Made by a program: the position numbers and the translations under genes | Notes under the pieces: generated by a model | What the model was told of the DNA's origin: nothing | The model's database searches: none | Seen by the model: only the letters and a program-made list of their open reading frames with translations | Assembly: GCA_002245135.1 (NCBI GenBank) | Contig: NGBS01000601.1 | Location: forward strand, 1 to 64,000 | Direction: 5' to 3' | DNA length: 64,000 nucleotides | From: Proteromonas lacertae | Taxonomy: Eukaryota | Part shown: positions 1 to 11,222 of the stretch, piece after piece | Layout: each line of letters opens with the position of its first letter | How positions within the stretch are numbered: the stretch's first letter is position 1

Positions 1-37
1 CTACTTACTTACATAGAAATACATTTCTTATTCTATA

Positions 38-86
38 AAGTAGCTACCCTGCCGGGTAGAACAGGTAGCTACTTATCTATTTCTAC
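38..86. repeat. Left terminal inverted repeat core with GC-rich hairpin
   Basis: aagtagctacc (38-48) and ggtagctactt (64-74) are perfect inverted arms; nested ctaccc-tgcc-gggtag hairpin at 44-59. The reverse complement resembles 19837-19894. Confidence 0.6.
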
Positions 87-350
87 ACATTATTTCTACT
101 ATCCTACGCTAAAAACTATTAAAAATATAAAAATAGAATTTGACCCATAAATTTATTCACACACTAAAATATATACACAATTTTAAATTCACCACTTGCT
201 CCAGTATAACCCGTACCAAAAACTAATTCACACTCAAATCGCTTATTCTTACCTGTAGAAGGCACCTAAGAATAGTCTGGTACGGTTTACCCACATACAG
301 TGATATTCTTACGGTTATACATATATCTGATATATATATATATATATATA

Positions 351-918
351 ATTTTATTAGCTGCACCAGTAACAGGTCGTCCTTTTAATCCATTTAATCC
401 ATATCGATTATATATCAAAATCGATAATCCTAATGATGAACCTCCAAAAGTAGAAGAAAAATCGCCAATGTATATTTTATATTATTTATATATATATATA
501 TATATTTATTTATAGTTATTCACCAACAACACCACCTGATCATGTTAATGATTTAATCAATTTAACGGTAGGTGATGAACATCGTGAATCAATGTATATT
601 TTATATTATTTATATATATATATATATATTATTTATAGATATTCACCAGTACCACCACCACCATCTTCATCTGATACCTTAACCTACGAAGAAATCAAAA
701 AGCTGCGTAATGAAAGCTTAGTAGGTAAAAGGATCAGAGATGGTAGAAGAAGAGCCAAGGCAGAAAGAGAAGAGCTCAATTTCAAAGTTGCTAGTGACAT
801 GTCACTAGCTATGGACCTCCAGCGTTATTATGATACAATGTTCAAAAAACAAGAGTTAGAAGAAAAAATGATGAAGAAGCACAGATTAAATCCTAAAAGT
901 GTTAAAGAGTATCACTAA
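351..918 (+). CDS. Viral hypothetical protein, spliced (introns 470-515 and 594-638); predicted start position holds ATT rather than ATG
   Basis: Removing two near-identical GT-AG introns joins ORFs 300-515 and 592-918 in frame (..KSPIYSPTTPPDH..RESIYSPVPPPP..). No ATG upstream within the window. Confidence 0.65.
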
Positions 919-1030
919 GAAGGTATTAAAAGATAAAAACTAATTAGATAAAGTAATGTTATAATTAACACTTTTTTACTATTGATTGAATTGTTTTTGT
1001 TATTTCTTTTTTTTCTATATAAAATAAATA

Positions 1031-1096
1031 AAAATAACATAAACCAATAAAATAAAACGAAAATAACATAAACCAATAAAATAATCGAAAATAACA
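1031..1096. repeat. Two and a bit direct copies of a ~29-nt unit (aaaataacataaaccaataaaataa..cg)
   Basis: Seen directly in the viral intergenic region. Confidence 0.7.
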
Positions 1097-1180
1097 AGTG
1101 TTTTCAACACTATAATTTTTCGATAAGATTTTCATTATAAATTTCTTTACATTATTTTTTCTTTTTTTAAAAAAAGAAAA

Positions 1181-1635
1181 ATGGATTCAAGTGAAGAAAA
1201 GTATTGCAATCGATGTAAACATATTAAACCTATAAATGATTTATGGGTGAAAGAGGTAAAATTTCATCATTATGCAATCAATGTAAAGAATATAGGAGAT
1301 GTTATCAGACAATATATAGAAGCAAAAAAATGAATGAACTTAGAAGTATATTTGTTGATGGTGATGATAAATTTAAATGTCGTTATTGTGCTCGTTTCTT
1401 TAAAAATGAGTATAGATCAAAAGAAATTACATTATGTAAAGTGTGTTTTAAATTCTTATTAAAATTCTTTAATAATAGTCGTAAATATTTAGGTAAAGAA
1501 ATATATAGTAAAGATAATAAAATAAGATGTTTTATATGCAGAAAAATGAAACCTGCTTTTAAAATACATAGCAATAATAGATGCAAGAAATGCATGAGAC
1601 ATTATATTCATAAACTTAATAAAATACAATTATAA
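1181..1635 (+). CDS. Viral Cys-rich zinc-finger protein (three CxxC..CxxC units), frameshifted near 1241
   Basis: ATG at 1181 gives MDSSEEKYCNRCKHIKPIND; one extra base would join it to MGERGKISSLCNQC and complete the first finger. Confidence 0.65.
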
Positions 1636-1733
1636 AAATTGTTAAATATATATATATATATTGAATCATTATTTTTATTTGGGTTTTTCTTAATATATAA
1701 TAGAGTTTTTAAGTGTATTTATATATATATATA

Positions 1734-2069
1734 ATGAATCAATCATCAAATACATCTATATTGAATTCATTGAAAGATGTATCAAGTACAGTTGATTCAC
1801 TTAAAAATGAGATGTATATAGTATTATTTTTGTTAGGTTTATGGTTATTAAATAAAATCAAACAAATAGGTGTTTATTTATATCGAAGACATTACCCAGA
1901 AGATATATCAAGAATATTAGATGAACCAGTAACACCAAGTACATCAGTTCCTATGACTACATTTATGTCAAGAACAGTGCCTCTACCATCACCAAAAGTA
2001 TCAAGAATTCATTCAAATAGATCACTAGATGATATAAGTTTAGATATGAATGAGAAGAAAAATAATTAA
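1734..2069 (+). CDS. Small viral protein with one predicted transmembrane helix
   Basis: ATG follows a (TA)n run; hydrophobic stretch MYIVLFLLGLWLL followed by a Ser/Pro-rich tail. Confidence 0.6.
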   Translation: MNQSSNTSILNSLKDVSSTVDSLKNEMYIVLFLLGLWLLNKIKQIGVYLYRRHYPEDISRILDEPVTPSTSVPMTTFMSRTVPLPSPKVSRIHSNRSLDDISLDMNEKKNN

Positions 2070-2237
2070 TTAATATATATGTTATATTTTATAATGTAAT
2101 AGATGAATATGTATGTATATATCTTTCCCAAATAAAAAACAAAAATAATAATTCAATTCTTTAAAGAGTACCTTTTTTAATATAAAGATAAGGTATAACT
2201 TAGCAAAATAGAAGTAAGTATTTTAATTACTTTTTTT

Positions 2238-3977
2238 TTATTTAAGAAAGTCATCAAATATACTTTCATCTGGACTGAAATCAATATCATTATCAATATC
2301 AACATCAACAATATTACCATCATCATCAAACTTGAGATTAGGGTTTTCATCTCTTAACTTTTGCACATATGCCATTTTCAATGAAGCAATTTGTTTTTCT
2401 AATTCATTTTGATATTCAACCTTCTTTTTAAAGACATCATACTGATCTTGAGGAGTAACTTTAACTGGTGGAGTATTGTCTTTAATGATTGTACCATAAG
2501 GTTTAGGTGCAATCTTAACTAAAGGTTTAGGTGGTAATGGTGGTGCTATTTCTTTAACAATTGGTTTTTCATGAACTATTGGTGGTGGTTCAGCAATTTC
2601 ATAATTCACTTTAGGTAATATCGGTTTAAGTGTTGGTTGTATAATTTTTTTTGGATTAGCCCAATTATGCTTGCTGTAATAATAATCTTTATCATTGTTA
2701 ATATTGTCTTCCATTTCCTTTAATATATCTTTGTTGATAATAACTTTAGCTTGTGTTGTAATTTTAGTTTCATCAGTAATAACTTTAGCTGCTGGTGTAA
2801 TTTTAGTTTCATCAGTAATAACTTTAGCTGCTGGTGTAATTTTAGTTTCATCAGTAATAACTTTAGCTGCTGGTGTAATTTTAGTTTCATCAGTAATAAC
2901 TTTAGCTACTGGTGTAATTTTAGTTTCATCAGTAATAACTTTAGCTGCTGGTGTAATTTTAGTTTCATCAGTAATAACTTTAGCTACTGGTGTAATTTTA
3001 GTTTCATCAGTAATAACTTTAACTTTAGCTACTGGTGTAATTTTAGTTTCATCAATAATAACTTTAGTTGGTGGTGTAATTTTAGTTTCATCAGTAATAA
3101 CTTTAGCTACTGGTGTAATTTTATCTTTTTTTATATTTACCTTTGGTTTTGATACATTAATTTTGATAACTTCATTATCATCATCAACATCTTCAAAAAC
3201 ATCATTATCATTAATCCAATCAGTATCCTTATTTTTTAATGCATCATCAACTAAATTCTTCTCAGACTTTAAAGGCTTTTTGATAGTAGTATTTATTTTA
3301 TGCACTTTAATGCTTTCACCACCAATATTTGATTTAGGTGTTAGTTTTCTACATCTTTTACTGCGTTTAATACATCCATCATCATCTTCATCATCATCAT
3401 CAATATTAGCTTTTCTTTTCACACCACCTAATAACTTACTATCAGTTGTAAAATTGTCACCTAGAGAATATGGGCTAATTAATAAGACTTCATCAATATC
3501 TTTTAGTACCTCACCATTTATGTATTGAGGATTCTTTTCAACTGCATCAAAGAATAAATTTAATGAACTAGCATATCTAATTACTGATGATAAGGATAAT
3601 AAACTTGGACTGTTATTATAATGAATATATTTGATTTTATCATCACAATAATTTATAATGTTTTGTGAAATACTTCTAATTTTAATCCATTCTTTGACAT
3701 CTAAGCTGTTAATGCTTTTTCTGTTAAATCTATGCACAAAAGCTATGTATATATAATATAATATAATATAATATAATATATATATAGATACCTGCTTTTT
3801 GATTAGAATTCGATGATGAAGGTAGTGCTAATGCTTCTTCATTTTGCTGAATCTTCTTTTCATCTATATATATATTTAATGATGTATTTATATACTCTTC
3901 TTAACAACTTTTAATGTCTTTGATGAAGAATTATCTTCATTATCTCTAGGTGAAGTATGTTTAACACGTACACTCAT
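2238..3977 (-). CDS. Viral hypothetical protein with 13-aa tandem repeats, spliced (introns 3864-3895 and 3743-3791)
   Basis: ATG at 3977; exons of 82 and 72 nt join the 499-aa ORF in frame after removing 32- and 49-nt GT-AG introns. Confidence 0.8.
2736..3120 (-). repeat. Coding 39-bp tandem repeat (~10 x AKVITDETKITP[A/V])
   Basis: Unit gtaataactttagctgctggtgtaattttagtttcatca repeated. Confidence 0.95.
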
Positions 3978-4136
3978 TTTTTAAAAAGAAATATTGAATA
4001 AGGTGTTGAGAAAGTCGAAAATAAAAAATGATTTCAAAATCGAAAGAAACCGTTTTTTAATGAAATGTTTGATGATTTCAAGCTTATTTTAATAAAATCA
4101 AAATATTAAATAATATAGTTAGTTTAATTTTTTATT

Positions 4137-5300
4137 TTATGTATATTTTGAATTAGGTCTTATAGTTCTACCAAAAGAACTCTTTCTTATATTTTTAGGT
4201 GCAATATATGTTACTTTATCATTTTTATCATTATCATTTTTGTTTGAATTTATGCTTTTTATTGCACTTAACCTAAATCTACCCTTTGTTTTAATAACAT
4301 TTTTAATTTTTCTTAATTCATATGGTTTAAATTTAAATAAACCAAGGTTTTTAGGATTAAATTCAGAAGGAATTGATCCATCTATATTCTTTAATGAGTA
4401 AGAAATAGGTGTTTTTTTATCAATCATATAAACTTTATCACTAAAATATCTACTTTTATCTAACTTATTTCTTCTTCTCTCTTTAACTCTAACATATTCA
4501 TTTCTATCAAATTTAGTATCTTTTAATCTTCGTTCTTTATTTCTTTGTCTTGATTCTTTATAAAACAAATCTTGTAATTCAAAATCATCATGTACTTCAT
4601 TTGGTGTATAATTATTAAGTGAACTATGTGGTTTTGAATTATAATATAATACTATAGTGTTAACTATTTCAATTAGACCATTAAGATTATTTAACTTTTC
4701 AAATTCTTTATCATCAAAAGTATTCAAGTATCTATAAAACATATTTTTAATAGTTCTTACTGCACTATCTAATATTTTCATTATATTATGTTCATCAGTA
4801 TCTTTCATTATAAATCTAATATTATTTTTATTAAATAGCTGCAAAAACTTATTACCATATATTACACCAGATTCTTGATCCATCAAAATAGAACCTACAA
4901 ATCTAGCATTTTCATTAACATGTTTAAGACCTTGATAAAACCATGATTCAAAAACTGGAAATACGCTTGATTCAGTTTTACTTTTAACATAATATATCCA
5001 CACTTTTCTACTAACTACTTCAATTATAAATAAAAAAGGTAATTTTGTATTATTAAAAAATATAATATCCATTTGATATGAACCTGGTATCTTTTCTATT
5101 TCATATTTAATATTTATTCTTTTTTTAACTGCTACTTGGTAATCTGGTTTTGATTCAACTAACTCTTTAGCAGTTCTTGTTATATCAGGTTTTGAATACT
5201 TTGATGATAATTTATCAACACTAAAATTTATAAAATCATTTTTATTTAAATAACCAAAGTCTTTATATAATTCATTTATTTTATGTTGTAAATCATTCAT
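4137..5300 (-). CDS. Retroviral-type (rve) integrase of the viral element
   Basis: YQMDIIFF / ILMDQESG / ILDSAVRTIK catalytic motifs, YNSKPHSSL..TPNEV signature, SH3-like C-terminus; ORF intact. Confidence 0.9.
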   Translation of the reverse strand: MNDLQHKINELYKDFGYLNKNDFINFSVDKLSSKYSKPDITRTAKELVESKPDYQVAVKKRINIKYEIEKIPGSYQMDIIFFNNTKLPFLFIIEVVSRKVWIYYVKSKTESSVFPVFESWFYQGLKHVNENARFVGSILMDQESGVIYGNKFLQLFNKNNIRFIMKDTDEHNIMKILDSAVRTIKNMFYRYLNTFDDKEFEKLNNLNGLIEIVNTIVLYYNSKPHSSLNNYTPNEVHDDFELQDLFYKESRQRNKERRLKDTKFDRNEYVRVKERRRNKLDKSRYFSDKVYMIDKKTPISYSLKNIDGSIPSEFNPKNLGLFKFKPYELRKIKNVIKTKGRFRLSAIKSINSNKNDNDKNDKVTYIAPKNIRKSSFGRTIRPNSKYT

Positions 5301-5367
5301 TTACTTATATATTTTAAAAATATATAACAAATAAAAATATATATAATAAAGAATTATGTTTTATTTT

Positions 5368-8300
5368 TTATTTTTTATGATGTCTATCTTTAAGCCATTT
5401 ATAATATAATTCTATATCTCTATTACTTAAACGACATCTAGTAGGATCCATACCGTTATTTAACATTGTATTAAAGAAATCTTCTCTTGCTTCATCAGTA
5501 CTAAATCTTAATGTATGTGATTGTGAATTATGATTTATACTATCATTATTTCTAATTGGTTTATAAAAAGTATTATCACCTACAGCCATAATTGAATCTG
5601 GATCATCATCATAATCTTTTTCATTTTCATTATCAGTTACTGTATTTGGTACTTCATTATTATTATTTGTAATTGGTAATTCATTTTGCTGATTATTAAT
5701 CAGTGATATATCAATTTTTCTTCTTTTGTTTATAGCTTTTGTTTTATCTTTTTTATTTTCATCAGTAATAAAATCTTTGTTATAATATTTTGAATTTTTA
5801 CGTCTTTCATCTTTATTTCTTAATACTCTTCCTGGTAATGGTGGAGGTGGTTCATTTATTTGTGCTACTTTTCTTCTCCTCTCCGTTTTTTGTTTTTCAG
5901 CCTCTTCTATTGCTCTTAATCTTAATTATTTTAATCTTTCTCTTTTTGCTGCTCTTTCATCTCTTGCACGTTTTTCTCTTGCACGTTTTTCTTGTAATAA
6001 TTCCAATTCTTTTTCTTTCTTATCCGATTCTGATACATTTTTTATAGTATGAATTATATCAGAAATAACTTCAGCTGTTTTATAACTACCATTTTTAACT
6101 ACATCAAATGCTTTAGATGTAACATTTATAAAATTATTTAACATATTTCTTCCACTTTCTTCAATATTTATATGATGTTTTTGCATAGTAGGTGATGGAG
6201 AAGCTTCTTGAATTGGTTGAGTTTCTTGTACATTAGAAATATCTAAAGGTGGTACTTCTACATGATGTTGTGCTACAGGAGGAGAAGATGGTTCTTCTTC
6301 TATTTCTTGTTCATTATCATCTTCTATTTCATTATTATTATCATGAAGTGATATAGTAGGTACTTCATTTGATTTACGTTTTTTATTTTTTATTACTTTA
6401 TGCGTATTTTTTCTTTTTTGTTTTTTAAATTTTGCATCTTTATAAAATACAAATGTATTACCATCTTCATCTTCATATACATCATCATCATTATATGATA
6501 CAAGCATATCTTTATATTTTGTAGTTGGTCTTTTTATAATCCTTTTATCTGGTATTAAATCATCTGTTGATGTTTCTACGTATTGTGTTATTTCATTAAC
6601 TGTATTAGTTGATTCATCATTTAATGTAATAGATATTGGACTTGTTGCATCATCATTATGCGCTGTTGGCGCTGGATGATTAATAATAATAGGTGGTGGA
6701 GGAGGTATTTCTTGTTGTTCTTGTAATTGATTTATTTGATTTTCTAAAATACTTATCTGATTTAGTAAATTATTTCTTTCTTGTTGCAAATCAATAATTT
6801 CTTGATTCATTCTCCCTCCTTCTTGTGATAATTGTGTTAATTGATTATTTATTCTTTCTTGTATATCATTAATTGCTTCTTGTAATCTATTTCTCTCAGA
6901 TAAATAATTACTACATAAATTTTGAAGTCTTTCTCTCTCACGTATTTCATTTTGTAATTGATTTTCTATTTCTCTTTGCCTATTTAAATTTTCATTTGGT
7001 TCAATATCTATATTATTTCCCATAATTAATCTAATTCGATGATTATTAGAATTTATAATATTAGTTGAATCGCCAAGAATTAATGAATTATCATTATTAT
7101 CAACTATTAAATCATTCGATCCGTTATCTATATAACTTCTTGAAGGTATATCGTTTAATGAAACGACTAAAGGTTGCATTTCTTTACTTGGAGGGAATAT
7201 TAGTCTTAATCTTCTATTAGGTGTATCAGTTGATGTACTTCTATCTGTTACTGATGGTGGAGGTGGTTCTTGTATTTCTACTTCATCAAAATTTTGATGA
7301 ATTAAATCTCTATTTGTATATTGATCTACATTATTATGTGGTCTTATTCTAGTTAATATTCTTCTTGGTGATCTAACTAATGAATCTATATGATTTGTAT
7401 CATTAATTATTCTTAAATTAGGAATATCAGTAGTTGAACTACTATCTGTTATTAATGGTGGAGATACTTGATCTATATTTACATTATCATTAATTTGTCT
7501 TTGAAGTTGTTTCTTTTTTTTCTTTTTAGCAATAGCTGGAATTTGTAATACATCACCACTTTCTGATACATATCTATCACCTGTTCCATTCCAATTTACA
7601 AATTCATTTACAAATCTATGAGGTCTTTTAATTTCATCTCTATTTCTAAAATTATATCTTCCACCATCATTTATCTGAATACGAGGTGAATTGACTGGAG
7701 AATTAACTGGAGAATTAACTGTTGACACAACTGGTGAATTGTTAGGTGTAATTTCACTTACATTTTCAATAGGATTGATACTAGGTAAAGGTGGTGGGTT
7801 AATAACAGGTGAAGGACTATGATAAACACGTCTTCTTCTTTTATTTCTTAGTCTATTTTGAGGACTAATTTCTAATCTTGTACCATCTCTTGATCTATAT
7901 CTATCACCAGTTCCACTTAAATCTATAAAGTAATCATTTAATCTTCCTGGTACATGAATTTCATCTCTATTTCTAAAATTATATCTACCACCATCATTTA
8001 TCTGAATACGAGGTGAATTGACTGGAGAGTTAACTGGCGATATAAGAGGTGATGGAGGATTTATTATTGGTGGATTAATTATAGGTGGTCCTCTAACAGG
8101 TGGACCTCTACCTGGTGGTGGTGGTGGATTTACTATACTCTCTACTGGTGATTATTATGTGTCTCTAACAGTGACTCTACTGGTGGTGGTGGTGGATTTA
8201 CTATACTCTTACTGGTGGATTAATTATAGGTGGTCCTCTAACAGGTGGACCTCTACCTGGTGGTGGTGGTGGATTTACTATACCTCCACCTCCTGGAACT

Positions 8301-8425
8301 AAATGAATTCTACCTCCACCAGGTACTGGTGGAGGACCACCTGGACCTGGTCCTGGTATATTAGGTGGTGGTACTATAGGTGGAGGTGCACCTCCTCCAC
8401 CTCCTCCACCTCCTCCTCCACCTCC

Positions 8426-8473
<48 letters not shown>

Positions 8474-9105
8474 TCCACCTCCTCCCCCCTCCTCCACCTC
8501 CTCCTCCACCTCCTGGTGGTGGTGGTGGTGGAGGTGGTGGCGGTGGTGCACCTCCTCCACCACCACCTGGCCATCACCTTCTTCTTCTCACATATATAAA
8601 TCTAGGATCATGTCTATAAATTTGATCACCTATTTTACGATCATAATTATGTAACTCATTGTATGGTAATGACTGTATTATTGATTGCTCTACAGGACCT
8701 AAATACTTATCAGCATCTGCTGCAGTTGCTTTTCCTTGTCTGATTGCATTTTTATATAAATTAAAGTTATGCTTTAATGATGCTTCTATATCAGGTCTAG
8801 CTGGATCACTAAATCTTGCAATATTTCTAGTTATATGTTCCATAACTTCATTCATATTTTCACTTCTCTTTCTATTAACATCCTGCATATATTCTTTTTG
8901 ATTATATTCATTAAATGCTTCCTCTCTTGCTTTATTTCTTTCAACACTATTCATATAATACTTTATTAATTCTGCTTCACTATTATTTTTAACATGTTTA
9001 TTAAACTTTTTCACCTTTGCTCTACGTCTAATACGTTTTAATATTCTCTTCATTAATAAATTTGTCATCTTTTTAGATAACTTATTTTTTGATTTTTTAT
9101 TACTC

Positions 9106-9107
<2 letters not shown>
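5368..9107 (-). pseudogene. Very large Pro/Gly-rich and coiled-coil viral protein broken by frameshifts (~8575, ~8210, ~8150) and an in-frame TAA (5926-5928)
   Basis: The frame of 5926-7728 stays open upstream to ~8150 and continues past the TAA for 112 codons into ORF 5368-5589. Repeated IVNPPPPP and GGRYNFRNRDEI blocks link the pieces. Confidence 0.6.
8390..8570. repeat. (CCT/CCA)n, a ~44-nt poly-C run and (GGT)n, encoding poly-Gly/poly-Pro
   Basis: Seen directly; the only long GC-rich tract in the element. Confidence 0.9.
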
Positions 9108-9136
<29 letters not shown>

Positions 9137-9177
9137 AAACCACTAAGAAAACATATAATAAAAAATATTATAATAAA

Positions 9178-9747
9178 TTAATATATTGGTAATATTGCAT
9201 CATCACCAGGCATCTTAGCATCTTCTGGAACTGGTTCTAAACCATCTTTTTTATCACCTATACTAAATGGATCATCACTACCAGGTACTTTAATGCATTT
9301 CTTTTTATTAACAGGTTTTTTAATTGTATCAAGAGTACATGTCTCATCAACATCTAAATCCTTTTCAACCTCTTTAATATTCAAATTATCTAATGCTTTT
9401 TCTCTCCTTCTTTTCTCATATAAATTTTTCATTCTTGTTGCTCTAGCTTTCTCTAAGTTTTTAATTCTTTGCAATCTAGCTTCTTCACTTAATTTTACAT
9501 TCTTTTTAACCGATTGCCTTGTTGGTATATAATTATTATTATCAATATCATCTAGTTCATTAGACTCAGATTTATCATTTACTAATTCATCTTCACTTTT
9601 ATTCAATCTATATAATAATTCTGCAATCTCTCTATCAGTCTTACTCATATCTTGTGCTAATGGTGTATTATAATCATCTTCATCAGATGAATCACTATGA
9701 TAATAATCACGTGTAATTTTTACTTTTTGATTTTTATTACTATTCAT
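9178..9747 (-). CDS. Viral hypothetical charged protein
   Basis: 189-aa ORF with basic helix LSEEARLQRIKNLEKARATR; preceded by the TTCTTA-(TA)n motif. Confidence 0.7.
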   Translation of the reverse strand: MNSNKNQKVKITRDYYHSDSSDEDDYNTPLAQDMSKTDREIAELLYRLNKSEDELVNDKSESNELDDIDNNNYIPTRQSVKKNVKLSEEARLQRIKNLEKARATRMKNLYEKRRREKALDNLNIKEVEKDLDVDETCTLDTIKKPVNKKKCIKVPGSDDPFSIGDKKDGLEPVPEDAKMPGDDAILPIY

Positions 9748-9823
9748 TTTTTATAATAAATATATATATATTTAAATTATATAAGAATTTTATGAATGAA
9801 TAATATATTTTAATTTTTTATAA

Positions 9824-10555
9824 TTATTTATGTTTAACACTATAAGCTAAAAAATTTTCTAAATCAACTTGTGGATTATAAATACCTTTTTTATTAAATC
9901 CACAAGGTTTTGTTAAACCATTATTAACTGACATTCTTCTTGCAATTAGTTTTCTTAAACCAGCACCATTTTGTTTATATCTTAAACCACCTCTAACTCT
10001 TCGTTTACCATAACCAAATTTAGATGATGTATTATATACTTTATCAGCAACATCAGCAACTTTATCAAAACCTAATGTATTAGCAACATTACGAGCTTTT
10101 CTTGCTATATTGCTTATATACTTCTTCTCTCTCAATGTACTATTAATCTCTTTTGCTTTTTCAATACCATTTTTAAATTTGTCAGAAGTCACAAAATCTT
10201 TAACTTTTGTTATTCCCGATTTTATCCAACTACCTAAACCTGCTGATCTAATTAATCTACCATCGCTAGCAAATCTATATCTTCTAGTTGTTCTAACTCT
10301 TCTTGTTTTTCTTGCATTTCTTCTTTGTTTCACTTGCCTACAATTTATAGTTAATGATATGCCATTAGTTTTTCTTCTTCTTAAAGGACATCTTCTTGTT
10401 CTTGTAACTGTTCTTCTAGTTGATCTTCTTCTTCTACGTCTACCATAACCCATATTCTCAATACTATCACCAATTGCTGGTCCAGCAAAAGGTATTAACT
10501 TAGCTGCATTTGATAGAATTTTTGATTTATTTAACCAATCTTTAAATTTACCCAT
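9824..10555 (-). CDS. Putative core / membrane-lytic precursor (Arg-rich, amphipathic helices ending in GYG)
   Basis: MGKFKDWLNKSKILSNAAKL..MGYG, then an Arg-rich tract, then GLGSWIKSGITKVKDF..FGYG; divergent from the protease gene. Confidence 0.6.
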   Translation of the reverse strand: MGKFKDWLNKSKILSNAAKLIPFAGPAIGDSIENMGYGRRRRRRSTRRTVTRTRRCPLRRRKTNGISLTINCRQVKQRRNARKTRRVRTTRRYRFASDGRLIRSAGLGSWIKSGITKVKDFVTSDKFKNGIEKAKEINSTLREKKYISNIARKARNVANTLGFDKVADVADKVYNTSSKFGYGKRRVRGGLRYKQNGAGLRKLIARRMSVNNGLTKPCGFNKKGIYNPQVDLENFLAYSVKHK

Positions 10556-10637
10556 TGTTATATATAAATATATATATATACGTTAAGAATTCTTTAAATG
10601 AATAATCATTAATTAAATTCTTAAATATATTAAAAAT

Positions 10638-11204
10638 ATGAGATTATTCTATAATGATTATAGTGCTGGTAATACTTCATATATTAGTGATGATATTAAA
10701 ATAGATGCTATATCAAATCATGATATAATTAAAATCATAAAGAGATTCTTTCCTAAAACTAACAAGTATTTTAAAGGTGTATATTTGTGGAATGAAAAAC
10801 AATATATAGATAAATATAAAGATTGTAATAAGTGGTGTGTTATATTAAGCACAAATAAAACAACTGATAAGAGATCGAAAATTGGTCATTGGGTTAGTTT
10901 AATTATTGATAATGATAAAAGAGAGATATTATATTATGATAGTTTTGGTGAGCAACCAAAAGAAATAAAAAAGTTTTATAAGAGAATGCAAAGCTGTAAG
11001 AAATACCCTGATGAATTATATCAAATAAAAATTAATAGAGTGAAACATCAAAGAGTTGATAGTGCAAGATGTGGGTATCATGCAATTCTATTTTTAATAT
11101 CAGTGATAGAATATAATAATTCATTTAAAGAAGCTACTAATTTTAATACAATTGAAGGTGAAGCTAAAGCAAGACTATTACAAAATAAATTTAAGATGAT
11201 ATAA
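10638..11204 (+). CDS. Adenain/Ulp1-type maturation cysteine protease
   Basis: GHWVSL (His), YYDSFG (Asp), HQ..RCGYH (Gln, Cys) catalytic motifs. Confidence 0.92.
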   Translation: MRLFYNDYSAGNTSYISDDIKIDAISNHDIIKIIKRFFPKTNKYFKGVYLWNEKQYIDKYKDCNKWCVILSTNKTTDKRSKIGHWVSLIIDNDKREILYYDSFGEQPKEIKKFYKRMQSCKKYPDELYQIKINRVKHQRVDSARCGYHAILFLISVIEYNNSFKEATNFNTIEGEAKARLLQNKFKMI

Positions 11205-11222
11205 TTATTTTATATATATATA

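Noticed and set aside
2695..3528. Hydrophobic and Cys-rich ORFs 2695-3528 and 2751-3152 on +
   Set aside because: Antisense shadows of the 39-bp coding repeat.
8018..8619. Overlapping poly-Pro/Gly/Trp ORFs on both strands
   Set aside because: Produced by triplet repeats; only the minus-strand gene is coherent, and the pure C run may be a base-calling artefact.
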